From Spirochaetia bacterium (lineage in GTDB: Bacteria > Spirochaetota > Spirochaetia > CADAEX01), in the NCBI GenBank assembly GCA_963662265.2, contig CAXXHA010000035.1, forward strand, positions 32,001-96,000: a stretch of 64,000 nucleotides of DNA, in the 5' to 3' direction. The notes under the pieces were generated by a model that saw nothing but the letters and a program-made list of their open reading frames with translations, ran no database searches and was not told the DNA's origin. Below, one piece after another: positions 9,687 through 20,155 of this stretch. A program made the position numbers and the translations under genes. How positions within the stretch are numbered: position 1 is the stretch's first letter; every line of letters starts with the position of its first letter.

Positions 9687-10654
9687 TTAAAAACTGGTTA
9701 ATAAAGAATTATTTCATAACAGGAATACTTTCCGCAGTTATCGCGGGAAGTATTTTTTCAAAGGTTATAACACCTTTAAATCCCGGCGGAAAAACAGTAA
9801 TGATCCTTGTAATCCTGCTGTTTTTCGTCCAGGGATTCAAGCTTCCGACAGAAAACATAATAAAGGGGCTTACAAACTATCCTCTCCATGTTTTCACCCA
9901 GGTTTTTATTTTTGTAATCAATCCAATTTACTTTTTCATACTGATGAAAATATTTTCTCCATTTATAGACAGCAGGTTTGTGATAGGTATTTATGCCCTC
10001 TCCACTCTTCCCACATCAGTATCCAGCTGCACTGTTTTTACAAGCACTGCTCACGGGAATGTAGCCGGAACCATGTTCAATGCTGCACTTGCCAATATAT
10101 CGGGTGTTTTTATTTCTCCCCTTCTTATATCTCTTCTTTTAAGTACATCCGGGCAGTCTCTTCCTGCTGATGAAGTTATAAGGATTCTTGTAAGCCTGTT
10201 TGTAAAAATGGTGCTTCCTATAATCATAGGGCAGGTTGTAAGGCAATATGTAAAGAAATTTGCTGAGAAAAACAGGAAGAGGCTGAATATTTTTTCAAAT
10301 ATAATTATTCTCATTATTCTCCTGTTTGCCATAGCCGGGAGCGGAAAGATGTTTACATCAGAAATGCTTAAATTGCTGATTATCCCTTTTGCTCTTCTTG
10401 CTTTCTCATACCCTTTTATCCTGTTTCTTACAGGCTGTGCCGGGAAGATAGTGCGGTTCAGCAGGGAGGACCGGATTTCATCGATGTTTACAGGTTCTCA
10501 GAAGACCCTTGCAATGGGGCTTCCGCTGATGGCAACATACTTTGCATCCTCTCCTGAGCTTATCGGTTTTGCAATAATGCCAATTCTTTTCTACCAGCCT
10601 TATCAGCTTATAGTTTGCGCACTCAGCATGAAGAGGATAAGAAACCTGAAATAG
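9683..10654 (+). CDS. Bile acid:sodium symporter (SBF-like) family transporter
   Basis: Multi-TM; LPTSVSS, GNVA, GSQKTLAMGLP; ATGA-coupled to aspS. Confidence 0.85.
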   Translation: MIKNWLIKNYFITGILSAVIAGSIFSKVITPLNPGGKTVMILVILLFFVQGFKLPTENIIKGLTNYPLHVFTQVFIFVINPIYFFILMKIFSPFIDSRFVIGIYALSTLPTSVSSCTVFTSTAHGNVAGTMFNAALANISGVFISPLLISLLLSTSGQSLPADEVIRILVSLFVKMVLPIIIGQVVRQYVKKFAEKNRKRLNIFSNIIILIILLFAIAGSGKMFTSEMLKLLIIPFALLAFSYPFILFLTGCAGKIVRFSREDRISSMFTGSQKTLAMGLPLMATYFASSPELIGFAIMPILFYQPYQLIVCALSMKRIRNLK

Positions 10655-10806
10655 CTGATTCCTGTAAAATGAGAAACCTGCTGTTATCTGTTTAAGTGAA
10701 AAATATTGTACAAATTATGAGAAGAATGAAACTTTCTTGACAAATGATGTTTATGGGATAATTATTATTTTATAGGATTTAAATATTATTTGATAAGGAG
10801 TTCCAT

Positions 10807-12057
10807 ATGAAAAAGGGATTGTTGTTCTTTCTTGTGCTTCTCATGCTTATTCCTGCTGTAATTTTTGCAGGCGGAAAAAAAGAGAAAGAGGAAAAAGGTG
10901 CTTATCCTCCTGAAATGGATGCATGGGCAAAAGAAGCTAAACTCGGTGTCTATGACAAGGACCAGGACTGGGATGAAATTATTGAAAAGGCAAAACAGGA
11001 AGGAAAAGTTGTTGTTTATTCCTCCTCTTCACGAATTGCAGGGCTTGCAGAAGATTTCGCCAGGTTATATCCCGGAATAGAAGTCGAGAGTTTCGACCTT
11101 GGATCTGTAAAAACATTTGAAAAAACAATTCAGGAACAGGATGCAGGGCTTTACAATGCTGATATTATTACAACAGGGGGAAGCGGAAACTATTACTTTG
11201 AGCTTCTTAAGAAAAACAGAATTGTAAATTTTGTACCTTCAACACATAAGGATAAAATTCCAAAAGAATTGAGAGATCCTCTTCTTGTAAGAATAAATGA
11301 AGCAATAGTTTTTATGTATAACATGGAAAACCATGATGCTCCTCCTGTAGATAATTTATGGGAACTTACAACAGAAAAATACAGGGGAAAAGTTGTTATC
11401 AAAAACCCGCTTGCATCTCTTTCAAATCTTATGGGTGTTGCAACAATTGTTCAGCATGCTGATGAAATGGAAAAAGCGTATAAAAAATTTACAGGCGAAA
11501 AACTTGTTCTTTCAGAAGGTGTTCCTGATGCAGGTTATGAATGGCTTTACAGACTTATCCACAATGATCTTGTTATTCTTAAATCCGGAGGAAAAGTTGC
11601 ACAGGCTTCGGGACAGAAAGGACAGGATAATGCTCCTCTCTCAATTGGCCCTATAGCATACGGTGCAAGATATAACAGGAATAAAGGTTATGTAAACGGA
11701 TTAATCTATCCTGTAGAACCAGCAGACGGTGTTATTTATCCAACCTATATGTCTATCGCAAGACAGGCTCCGCATCCGAATGCTGCGAAACTCTTTACAG
11801 CATATCTTCTCGGAAATCCTGATGTAACTCCGGATACAAAAATTGAAGAACCATATACTGAAGGTGAATCTATAAAATGGCTTCAGGGGATGGCACCATA
11901 CTTTTTTGCCGGCTCTATGAGTCCTATGGAAAATATGCCGATAGCTGGGGATGTTAAGGACTGGAATAAAATGAACATGTGGACAGTTGATCCTGAGTTT
12001 ATGTGGTATGAAGGACCTAAAGTTCAGGACTTCTGGATGAAGGAAACAGCTAAATAA
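10807..12057 (+). CDS. ABC transporter substrate-binding protein (Fe3+/AfuA-like family)
   Basis: Signal peptide, AKQEGKVVVYSS, APHPNAAKLF. Confidence 0.85.
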   Translation: MKKGLLFFLVLLMLIPAVIFAGGKKEKEEKGAYPPEMDAWAKEAKLGVYDKDQDWDEIIEKAKQEGKVVVYSSSSRIAGLAEDFARLYPGIEVESFDLGSVKTFEKTIQEQDAGLYNADIITTGGSGNYYFELLKKNRIVNFVPSTHKDKIPKELRDPLLVRINEAIVFMYNMENHDAPPVDNLWELTTEKYRGKVVIKNPLASLSNLMGVATIVQHADEMEKAYKKFTGEKLVLSEGVPDAGYEWLYRLIHNDLVILKSGGKVAQASGQKGQDNAPLSIGPIAYGARYNRNKGYVNGLIYPVEPADGVIYPTYMSIARQAPHPNAAKLFTAYLLGNPDVTPDTKIEEPYTEGESIKWLQGMAPYFFAGSMSPMENMPIAGDVKDWNKMNMWTVDPEFMWYEGPKVQDFWMKETAK

Positions 12058-12067
12058 TAAAGTAAAT

Positions 12068-12099
12068 AAAAGGGCTGTCCATATGAGGATAGCCTTTTT
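12068..12099 (+). terminator. Terminator/stabiliser hairpin after the SBP gene
   Basis: AAGGGCTGTCC/GGATAGCCTTT followed by a T-run. Confidence 0.65.
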
Positions 12100-12283
12100 A
12101 AACAGGAAATTCATTGCCCCCTGATGATTTTCTGTTCTTTATTTATGGGGGAATATATCAGGTTCTTCTGAAAAATATATTTTTATAATCAAAGTTAAAA
12201 TCGATGTCTGATAAAAATTGATTTTGAGTATTATCAGTATTCGAAATGATCAGTTTCAAAAGGACCTTAATTAGGAAATACAG

Positions 12284-14083
12284 ATGCAGCAGAAAATTCA
12301 ATTCTATACATCAAAATTAAAATCAAAACCGGAGATAGTACTGTCAATTATATTTGTAGCAGTTTTTGCATTTTTAATTGTAGTGCCTTTTGCTCAGATG
12401 ATTTATACGACTCTGACATATCAGTCCTATGACCTCCGGCTTGAACGGGGCGCAGAAGAGGGCGCTTTTACTTTTTTTCATTATAAAAGAATGTTTGGAA
12501 GCGATTTGACAAAATCTCTTTTCTTAAAACCATTCTTAAACAGCATCAAGGTCGGAGTTTCAGTTACTCTTATCGCAATGTTTGTGGGATCCATTCTGGC
12601 ATGGCTTTTTGTAAGGACAGACATTCCTTACAAAAAATTCTTCCAGACCATAATTGTTGTACCTTACATGATCCCCTCCTGGGTCATCGCCCTGGCCTGG
12701 CAGCTCTTTTTTCAGAATACAAGAACAGGGGGCCACGCAGGTGTAATAACAGCTCTTTTCGGGATAGGTATTCCAGACTGGTTATCCTACGGTTTTGTCC
12801 CTATTGTTATATGTCTTGCGCTGCATTACTATTCCTATACATTCCTTCTTATGTCAGGGGCCCTGCGGACAATAGATTCAGAACTGGAAGAAGCTGGAGC
12901 AATCGGGGGACTTTCAAGAATCCAGGTATTGGGAAAAATAACTTTTCCTCTCGTTCTTCCGGCTCTGGGATCCTCCTTTGTCCTTACTGTTACAAGAAGT
13001 ATGGGAACTTTCGGTACGCCAGCTCTTTTGGGGCTTCCGGTAAGATTTTTCACCATCCCGACCCAGATTTACGCCATGATAAACGCGAGAAATATGGGAG
13101 ACGGTTTTGTCCTTGCTCTTGTTCTTATTATTCTTGCCGCTACTTTTATCTCGGTAAACAATAAAATAATAGGGGTTAGAAAGAGTTTTGTAACAATGAA
13201 AGGAAAGGGATTCAGGTCCAGTCCCATGAAACTCGGTAAATTAAGACCTGTTTTTATAGCAGCTCTTATTATTTTAATACTCTGTCTTATCGTCTTTCCC
13301 ATAGTAATGCTTTCATTAAGTACATTAATGCTTCTTCCTGATGATTACTCCCTTTCCAACTTTACAAGCCACTTCTGGTTTGGAGATAGTAATTCGGAAA
13401 TTGCGAGCGGTGAAAAGGGTGTTTTCAAGAACCAGGGAATTATCGGAGGAATGCTTAACAGCATCAAGCTTGGTATTCTGGCAGCAGTTGTAAATGCTTT
13501 TCTGGGGCTTTTGATAGGTTATACAGTTGTAAAAAACAGAGGTACAAGGCTCTCTCAGATTATTGAGGGTGTTGCCTTTGCCCCGTATGTTTTTCCAAGT
13601 ATTGCATTCAGTGCAATATATTTAAGTATGTTTTCAAAGCCTGTGGGACCGATTCCCGCTTTATACGGAACATTTTCTCTTATGGTTTTGATTGTAATTG
13701 TTAAAAATCTTCCGTTTTCATCACGTTCCGGGATAAGTTCGATGCTTCAGGTTGATAAGTCTCTGGAGGAGACAGCCAGTATACAGGGGATCCCTTTCAT
13801 GAAAAGGTTCCGTCTGATTATAATGCCGCTGTGTAAAAGCGGATTCCTTTCAGGTATGATCCTGACTTTTATTACAGCGATGAGGGAGCTCTCCCTTGTT
13901 ATACTTCTTGTAACACCTTCTACAAGGTTGTTGACAACAATGATATTTGCATATGAAACACAGGAACAGGAACAGCATTCAAATGCAGTAACACTGCTCC
14001 TTTTACTGATTATAATACTGGCTAATGTTTTAATAAGAGTGCTTGTTAACAGAAAATCTGAAGACACTATGAATTTGGGGTAA
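12284..14083 (+). CDS. ABC permease with two fused TM domains (FbpB-like)
   Basis: Two EAA-type loops (ELEEAGAIGG; SLEETASIQG). Confidence 0.9.
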   Translation: MQQKIQFYTSKLKSKPEIVLSIIFVAVFAFLIVVPFAQMIYTTLTYQSYDLRLERGAEEGAFTFFHYKRMFGSDLTKSLFLKPFLNSIKVGVSVTLIAMFVGSILAWLFVRTDIPYKKFFQTIIVVPYMIPSWVIALAWQLFFQNTRTGGHAGVITALFGIGIPDWLSYGFVPIVICLALHYYSYTFLLMSGALRTIDSELEEAGAIGGLSRIQVLGKITFPLVLPALGSSFVLTVTRSMGTFGTPALLGLPVRFFTIPTQIYAMINARNMGDGFVLALVLIILAATFISVNNKIIGVRKSFVTMKGKGFRSSPMKLGKLRPVFIAALIILILCLIVFPIVMLSLSTLMLLPDDYSLSNFTSHFWFGDSNSEIASGEKGVFKNQGIIGGMLNSIKLGILAAVVNAFLGLLIGYTVVKNRGTRLSQIIEGVAFAPYVFPSIAFSAIYLSMFSKPVGPIPALYGTFSLMVLIVIVKNLPFSSRSGISSMLQVDKSLEETASIQGIPFMKRFRLIIMPLCKSGFLSGMILTFITAMRELSLVILLVTPSTRLLTTMIFAYETQEQEQHSNAVTLLLLLIIILANVLIRVLVNRKSEDTMNLG

Positions 14084-14086
14084 ACT

Positions 14087-15178
14087 ATGAGTAAAATTGA
14101 ACTTAAAGAAATAACAAAAAAATACGGAAAGGTTGCTGCTGTTGACAATATGGATCTTTCAATAAAAGAGGGGGAGTTTTTAACTCTTCTTGGGCCTTCC
14201 GGCTGCGGAAAGACTACAACCCTGCGAATGATTGCAGGACTTGAAGAGCCTACTCATGGAGTACTGAGTTCTGACGGTAAAGTCCTTTTTTCCAGGGAAA
14301 CTGGGGTTTATGTTCCTCCTGAACAGAGAAATCTCGGCTTCATGTTCCAGAGCTATGCTCTCTGGCCCCATATGACAGTGAGGAAAAATATTTCTCTCGG
14401 GCTTGAAACAAAAAAAATTCCAAAAGAAAAAATAAATGAAAAAGTAAAAGATGTTCTGGATAAGGTGCAGCTTACAGGTTATGACGGAAGATATCCGAGT
14501 GAGCTGTCGGGCGGTCAGCAGCAGAGGGTAGCTCTTGCAAGAATGATTGCTGCCGAGTCTGCCATATTCCTGATGGATGAACCTCTTTCCAATCTTGATG
14601 CAATGCTCAGGGTTGATATGAGGTCTGAGCTTAAAAGGCTTCACAAGGAGCTGAATGCAACATCTGTATATGTAACCCATGACCAGGTTGAAGCGCTGAC
14701 TCTTTCTGACAGGATAGTTGTTATGAATGAAGGGCGGATAATGCAGAGCGCAAGTCCTGAGGAGCTTTATTTAAAGCCTGCAAACCTCTTTGTCGCTAAA
14801 TTTGTGGGAAGCCCAAGGATTAATCTTCTTACCGGTTCTGTAAGTTCAGAAGGGGGGAAGTATTATTTTAAAAACAGCGATATTTCTATTCCGCTCAATT
14901 CCTTTGACAGTTCTCCTGTTCCTTCCGGAAAGGAAATTATCGCAGGGATAAGATCTGAAGATATTTCAATCACTAAAAATGATTCAGGCGACTACAGAAT
15001 CTATTCTGTCCTTCCTGCCGGAAGTGAAACAATAATTACTGTAATTAAGGGAGAAACCCATATTACAGTCAAAGTATCAGGTTTTACTTCTCTCGCAATG
15101 GACAATATGGTAGATCTTGATTTCAACAAGGATAAGATATCATTTTATGATAAAGACTCAGAGGATCTGATCTTCTAG
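14087..15178 (+). CDS. ABC ATP-binding protein
   Basis: GPSGCGKT, LSGGQQQRV, MDEPLSNLD, YVTHDQ. Confidence 0.95.
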   Translation: MSKIELKEITKKYGKVAAVDNMDLSIKEGEFLTLLGPSGCGKTTTLRMIAGLEEPTHGVLSSDGKVLFSRETGVYVPPEQRNLGFMFQSYALWPHMTVRKNISLGLETKKIPKEKINEKVKDVLDKVQLTGYDGRYPSELSGGQQQRVALARMIAAESAIFLMDEPLSNLDAMLRVDMRSELKRLHKELNATSVYVTHDQVEALTLSDRIVVMNEGRIMQSASPEELYLKPANLFVAKFVGSPRINLLTGSVSSEGGKYYFKNSDISIPLNSFDSSPVPSGKEIIAGIRSEDISITKNDSGDYRIYSVLPAGSETIITVIKGETHITVKVSGFTSLAMDNMVDLDFNKDKISFYDKDSEDLIF

Positions 15179-15374
15179 TAGCTGTTAGGTAATTCCGAAC
15201 AGTTTAAAACAGGATTTGCTGTTAATTAAAAGCTGCTGAGTCTTTAGATAAGATAACTGTTAAGGATTTATTATAATAATAATCTGGTTAAAAAACATTC
15301 TGCCGGACTTGTCTTGTTGATAAGGACGGCAGATTTTTTATCACAAGTACAGGTCCTCTCTTAAATAAGAAACC

Positions 15375-15405
15375 AGGCTGTCCAGCACCTGCTGAACAGC
15401 CCTTT
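15375..15405. terminator. Hairpin between convergent genes
   Basis: GGCTGTCCAGCA/TGCTGAACAGCC. Confidence 0.6.
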
Positions 15406-15417
15406 ATGTAAATTATA

Positions 15418-16041
15418 TTAAAAATACCTGACTGCCCTTACCCTGTAGAGATCAGTTTTAGGCATATTCATTATCACAGGTACACTTGAATACTCATATG
15501 GCACTTGCGCATAAGCCTCATAGGAGTTTGGCATATCCCCTGGCATGCCGCCCTGTAATGCGGGATCAAACACTATTTCTGTTGAACTCCAGTATGAGGC
15601 ATCAGCCGGCAGGGCTTCGTTGGTTGAAGAGAGAGCTGCTGCTATTGCTTCAAGTTCCCTGATTGAAGGCAGGTACCAGTCATCACAACCGCCGTAAACA
15701 AGGCCAAGGCATGCCTGTGCAGCCGGAGATGTCGGAATCGCCTCGGTATTAGCCTTTCCGGTTCCTATATCCAATCCGCTTGCGTATGTAATCACTCCAT
15801 AATGCCCCCACGCTACTGCAGGACCTTCGGTTTCTGCCGGAGCTGCTTCTATATACCGCCATCCGTCTGAGACGCTTCCCTTGTCATGGATTATTATCCC
15901 CCCCGCAGGACCTGTATCCCCGACAACCAGGCTTGCTGCTGAACTGCCGGCAGAAGAACTTCCGGATGAGTGATCTGAATCACAGCCTGTTATAAGAATT
16001 ATTAGAAAAAAGGTTGTCAGTGCATAAAAAATCTTCTTCAC
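15418..16041 (-). CDS. Lipoprotein, DUF1566-like C-terminus
   Basis: ITGC lipobox; GDTGPAGG, DWYLPS..EL, YWSSTE, VRAVRYF. Confidence 0.8.
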   Translation of the reverse strand: MKKIFYALTTFFLIILITGCDSDHSSGSSSAGSSAASLVVGDTGPAGGIIIHDKGSVSDGWRYIEAAPAETEGPAVAWGHYGVITYASGLDIGTGKANTEAIPTSPAAQACLGLVYGGCDDWYLPSIRELEAIAAALSSTNEALPADASYWSSTEIVFDPALQGGMPGDMPNSYEAYAQVPYEYSSVPVIMNMPKTDLYRVRAVRYF

Positions 16042-16332
16042 AATCTGCTCCTTGTTGAATTATGTATTTTGATACATGTAAACTATAAAAAGATTCTATA
16101 ACTGATTATCAATTAAATCAATAAAAAGGTATCGATAAGAAAATATCGTTAGGCGGTATTCATGTTGGCGGAGGGAGGCTGTAATCGGAATTCCTGTTCA
16201 GCTATTTTATGAAAATAAGGAAGGTGAGGAAGATGTTGCAGAATCCTTTTACTGGATGGAGGCTCTCTGTATGTTTTTTTCAGCCCTGCCTTGAGATTCT
16301 TATGAGTGATTTATTTTAAGACATATTCCCTG

Positions 16333-18075
16333 TCAGGTGTTTGATTCTATCCGGTCCCTGCCGTTCTTTTTAGCTATATACAGCGCCTTATCCGCCCTTG
16401 CGAAAAGTTTTTCCGCATCTTCCCCTTTTCTGCGGAGCGCAAGGCCTCCGCTTGCTGTCTGTATTCTGCCTCTCATGCAGTCTGAAAAATCAATTGATTT
16501 AATCTGCTTTCTTATTCTCTCTGCTGCAGCAAGGGCATTTTCACTGTTTTCAACAATAAAGAAAACAGCAATTTCCTCTCCCCCGACTCTTACTGCGAAA
16601 TCTCCCGACCTCAGGCAGTTCTGAATTGTCCCTGCAGTCCTTTTAAGTACTATATCACCTGTGTTGTGGCCGTAAGTATCATTAACTGATTTGAAAAAGT
16701 CGAGATCTATCATTAACAGGGCAATTTCTTTTAACAGATCCCTGTCATGATGGGAAAAAATTCTGGGAATTGATTCATTCATGAATGTCCTGTTGTAAAG
16801 ACCTGTCAGTGTATCCTTTATGGAAAGTTCGTAAAATATCTGTTTTTCACTGTCGATTTTCTGCTGGATAAGTTCTCTTTCTACAGCAATGCAGAGAGGC
16901 TGTGTTATCTGGGTAAGTATATTCTGCGTTTCCCCGTCCAGGATAATTTTTTCTGATAATCCGATTAATGCAAATGCAAATATTTCTTCGTTTTCCTGAT
17001 ATTTCAGGGGAAGGGCAATTGTAAAATTCCTGTTATCCAGGATGTAGTATTTTTGATTATAATTCTGTTGTGAGTTTTCATATATATTCAGTATATTTTC
17101 ATCCGGTGTGTATGAAGTTTTCCTGTACCCGGTTTCCTCTTCAAGTTTCTGCCATATTCCCTCTTCTGTGAATATCAGGAATTTAAGGTCAATTGCCGGT
17201 ATTATCTGCTTAATATGCTTGAGAAGCTGTTTTGCTGTTGTATTGAAATCCCTGTGAAAAATAAGTGTCTTCATGAAATCGTTCATAAACTGGTGCAGTT
17301 TTGACAGTTTTCTTATTTCCGTATTTGTCTGAGTAAGAAGATATAAGCCGCAGTCAAGATCCTTGAGGTGATCAAGAATAAAGGGAACAAGATTTTCTTC
17401 TATTATTGAGCCATGCTGGGGAAGAATCCTCTTAACAGGAAGTTTCTGGAATTTTGTAACAGCAGATGCCAGTATTTCCCTGGATGGCATATAATGCTCA
17501 TGAAAAAGTTTTATTGATTCCAGGTATGATTCATTCTCTGCAAAAAGTGAAAAACCGTCAGTAAAACCCCCTGCTATATCGCTTGAAAATAGTGAGCCTG
17601 TTTCAGTGTCGAAAGAACAGAATGCTCCCGGGAAATGGAGGTAGGGTGTGAATATGAATTCCAGTTTTCGCCCCCCCGCATCAATATGCCAGTTCATTTC
17701 TTCAACACACTTAAGCGGCATTTTTAGATCAAGGTGCTTAAGAAGCGCAATTGCTCTCCAGTGGCTGAGTATGACTGAATCGTTTCTTGTATTCAGGCGG
17801 TCTATTATATCGAGAGCCCCAGTTATGTCGGGATCCTGGTGATGCACTACAAAATAGCGTATATTGGAGAAAGGTATTATCTGCTCAATTTTTTTAAGTG
17901 TGTATTTGAAAGTCAGACGGGACCCCGGGTCAAACAGTATTGATTCTGAGCCGTTTTCCAGAAGATAGCAGTGACATTGGAATGGGTCATTTTCAAGATA
18001 GTGGCCAACCCACCAGATTTTATCTGTTATGTTTACAGGTTTGTTGTAGTCAATTGATGAGATATTACGTTTCAT
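16333..18075 (-). CDS. Diguanylate cyclase with N-terminal ODP/MBL-fold di-iron domain
   Basis: HQDPDI, HFPG, FSSD, PQHG metal ligands; C-terminal DTLTGLYNR, DLDFFKSVNDTYGH, RSGD I-site, GGEEI; start moved to MKRN. Confidence 0.85.
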   Translation of the reverse strand: MKRNISSIDYNKPVNITDKIWWVGHYLENDPFQCHCYLLENGSESILFDPGSRLTFKYTLKKIEQIIPFSNIRYFVVHHQDPDITGALDIIDRLNTRNDSVILSHWRAIALLKHLDLKMPLKCVEEMNWHIDAGGRKLEFIFTPYLHFPGAFCSFDTETGSLFSSDIAGGFTDGFSLFAENESYLESIKLFHEHYMPSREILASAVTKFQKLPVKRILPQHGSIIEENLVPFILDHLKDLDCGLYLLTQTNTEIRKLSKLHQFMNDFMKTLIFHRDFNTTAKQLLKHIKQIIPAIDLKFLIFTEEGIWQKLEEETGYRKTSYTPDENILNIYENSQQNYNQKYYILDNRNFTIALPLKYQENEEIFAFALIGLSEKIILDGETQNILTQITQPLCIAVERELIQQKIDSEKQIFYELSIKDTLTGLYNRTFMNESIPRIFSHHDRDLLKEIALLMIDLDFFKSVNDTYGHNTGDIVLKRTAGTIQNCLRSGDFAVRVGGEEIAVFFIVENSENALAAAERIRKQIKSIDFSDCMRGRIQTASGGLALRRKGEDAEKLFARADKALYIAKKNGRDRIESNT

Positions 18076-18234
18076 GAAATAAATTATAGTACAACAGGAA
18101 GTTGAATTGGAAACAGATTTATGACTGATACAGTCAGCCCGGGAATTGCTGTTTTTCTTTTCTGCTGTTATTGTAAGATGCAGGACAGCAGGGGAATATT
18201 GGGGTATTAAATCTGCCATTTTTTTAAAGATAAT

Positions 18235-19137
18235 ATGGTCCCGGATGAGGAGCAGCGGAGGTACAGCATTAAAAGCAGTCTTAAAGGAAATTTACTTGTA
18301 TTGTCAGGAGCTGTGTTCTGGGGAACGACCGGTACTTCCCAGGCTCTTATTCCCGGCACTCCCGATCCTCTTTCAGTCGGCGCTGTCCGTGTTATTTCAG
18401 CAGCCCTGTTTCTCTTTGTTTTCAACAGGTTGTTCAGGATCAAATCAGATCTGTCAATTCTGAAATTCAGGGAGACCTGGATTGCTTCTGTATCACTTGT
18501 TCTGTATCAGCTGTTTTTTTTCGCAGGTGTGAAGATGACAGGGATTGCAGTAGGTACTGTCCTTATGCTCGGAAGCTCAACAGTCTTTGCAGGGGTGCTT
18601 GCTGCAGTTCTGATCAGGGAAATGCCTGAAAAAAAGTGGTACTTATCTTCTCTGATGTCTGTTGCAGGATGTGTTATTCTTCTGGCCGGTACAGGCCTTG
18701 AGCTTAATATGAAGGGTGCTTTCTTTTCTGTCTGTTCCGGTCTGTCATACAGCATGTTTTCTGTTTTATCCAAAAAGGTTCTTGAAAAGCATAAGGCTTC
18801 TGTTTTTATTACGACAGTTTTTATTATCAGTGCATTCCTGTCTGTTCCAATACTTCTATTCAGGAATCCTGTATGGATATTGGATTTTTCAGGTTTGATG
18901 ATTGCCCTTTATCTCGGTTTTTTTGCAACTGCGCTTGCATATTTTCTTTATACAGGGGGATTGAAGCTTACCAAGGCATCTACAGCCGTGACTCTTGCAC
19001 TTGCCGAACCTGCTACTGCCGCGATTCTGGGGATTATGTTTATCGGAGAAAAAGTTACTTTTTTCTCCCTTTCAGGCATAGCAATAATTTTTGCAGGGCT
19101 TGTTTATCTGTCAGCTCCTCTGAAAAGAAAGCAGTAA
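18235..19137 (+). CDS. EamA/DMT family transporter
   Basis: WGTTGT, ~10 TM segments, LAEPATAAILG. Confidence 0.88.
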   Translation: MVPDEEQRRYSIKSSLKGNLLVLSGAVFWGTTGTSQALIPGTPDPLSVGAVRVISAALFLFVFNRLFRIKSDLSILKFRETWIASVSLVLYQLFFFAGVKMTGIAVGTVLMLGSSTVFAGVLAAVLIREMPEKKWYLSSLMSVAGCVILLAGTGLELNMKGAFFSVCSGLSYSMFSVLSKKVLEKHKASVFITTVFIISAFLSVPILLFRNPVWILDFSGLMIALYLGFFATALAYFLYTGGLKLTKASTAVTLALAEPATAAILGIMFIGEKVTFFSLSGIAIIFAGLVYLSAPLKRKQ

Positions 19138-19252
19138 ATAGAAAACATGCTTATTCTTGATTCCTGTGTGGTGATTGCATCTGGAAAAGGGAGAAGCAGG
19201 TATTATTCTGCAAAAAATCAATCAACCACCAGCAAAGCAGGTGGCTTTTGCT

Positions 19253-20155
19253 TCAGTAAATAATCTTTCCTGTAAAGTCCAGGGCCTCGGGGTATGTCAT
19301 CCCCTTTGTTGCCTCGTATATGGAATTCTCTTTTATTTCATTATCCTCGTTAAACATTATTACAGGATTTTTTATGAGGGAATAAATCCTTTTTCTGCTG
19401 TATTCCTTTTCTGTGAGGTATTTGAAAAATGAGATATTCAAGGGGTCCTTTTTTTCGCTGTTATAAAGATATTCAAGACCGTCAAGAATCTGTTCAAAAG
19501 GGCCTCTTGTAAAGTGAAAAACTCTTTCAGGGGGATGTTTCGGGTCAATTATCCCTTTTTCCTTCAGTGATGTTTTCATTTCATCGATTATTTTTCTGAA
19601 TTCCGGCCATGGGATTGAAATTCTGAATACCATGACTGCGATATCTGCATGGAGATATTTCCTGTGGAGCAGGGCAGGAAGGTCATAGTTGACTATATAT
19701 GTGTCTTTGTATTTTTTTATGGTATTTCCGTAAATTGAGAAGAAATCCTTATCATCCACCCACAGGTTGAAAAGATCTTCCTCGTTGATGGAGAACTTTC
19801 TTATCGCATCATAGGCTCCGAGTATTTCAGCGTTGTGAAAATCTTCATTGAAATAATTTTCAAAGGATTCAATCATTTTAGGAGTAAAGGCATTTCTTCC
19901 CTCTTCCGCAGCTTTCAGTTTGTGGGAATAATGGTGTTCTATTAAATGCTTTGATTTTATGAATGATCCGGGGTAGTTTGCGAAATATACCATTTTTACA
20001 GAGTCTTCATGTTCCGGGTAATTATATATCACCTTCATGATCGCGCTTTCTGTGTTGACACCGTTTGTTTCAGGCCTCAGGTAAATAAATATATCAGTTG
20101 TTTTCCCTGATGGGTCAGGACCTGCGTAGGGAAGAAGAATGTTCGGTTTTTCCAT
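19253..20155 (-). CDS. Conserved hypothetical protein, possibly divergent NDK-like fold
   Basis: ~300 aa soluble ORF; HHY, WPEFR and FHFTRGPFE segments; start uncertain (20155 or 20191). Confidence 0.6.
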   Translation of the reverse strand: MEKPNILLPYAGPDPSGKTTDIFIYLRPETNGVNTESAIMKVIYNYPEHEDSVKMVYFANYPGSFIKSKHLIEHHYSHKLKAAEEGRNAFTPKMIESFENYFNEDFHNAEILGAYDAIRKFSINEEDLFNLWVDDKDFFSIYGNTIKKYKDTYIVNYDLPALLHRKYLHADIAVMVFRISIPWPEFRKIIDEMKTSLKEKGIIDPKHPPERVFHFTRGPFEQILDGLEYLYNSEKKDPLNISFFKYLTEKEYSRKRIYSLIKNPVIMFNEDNEIKENSIYEATKGMTYPEALDFTGKIIY

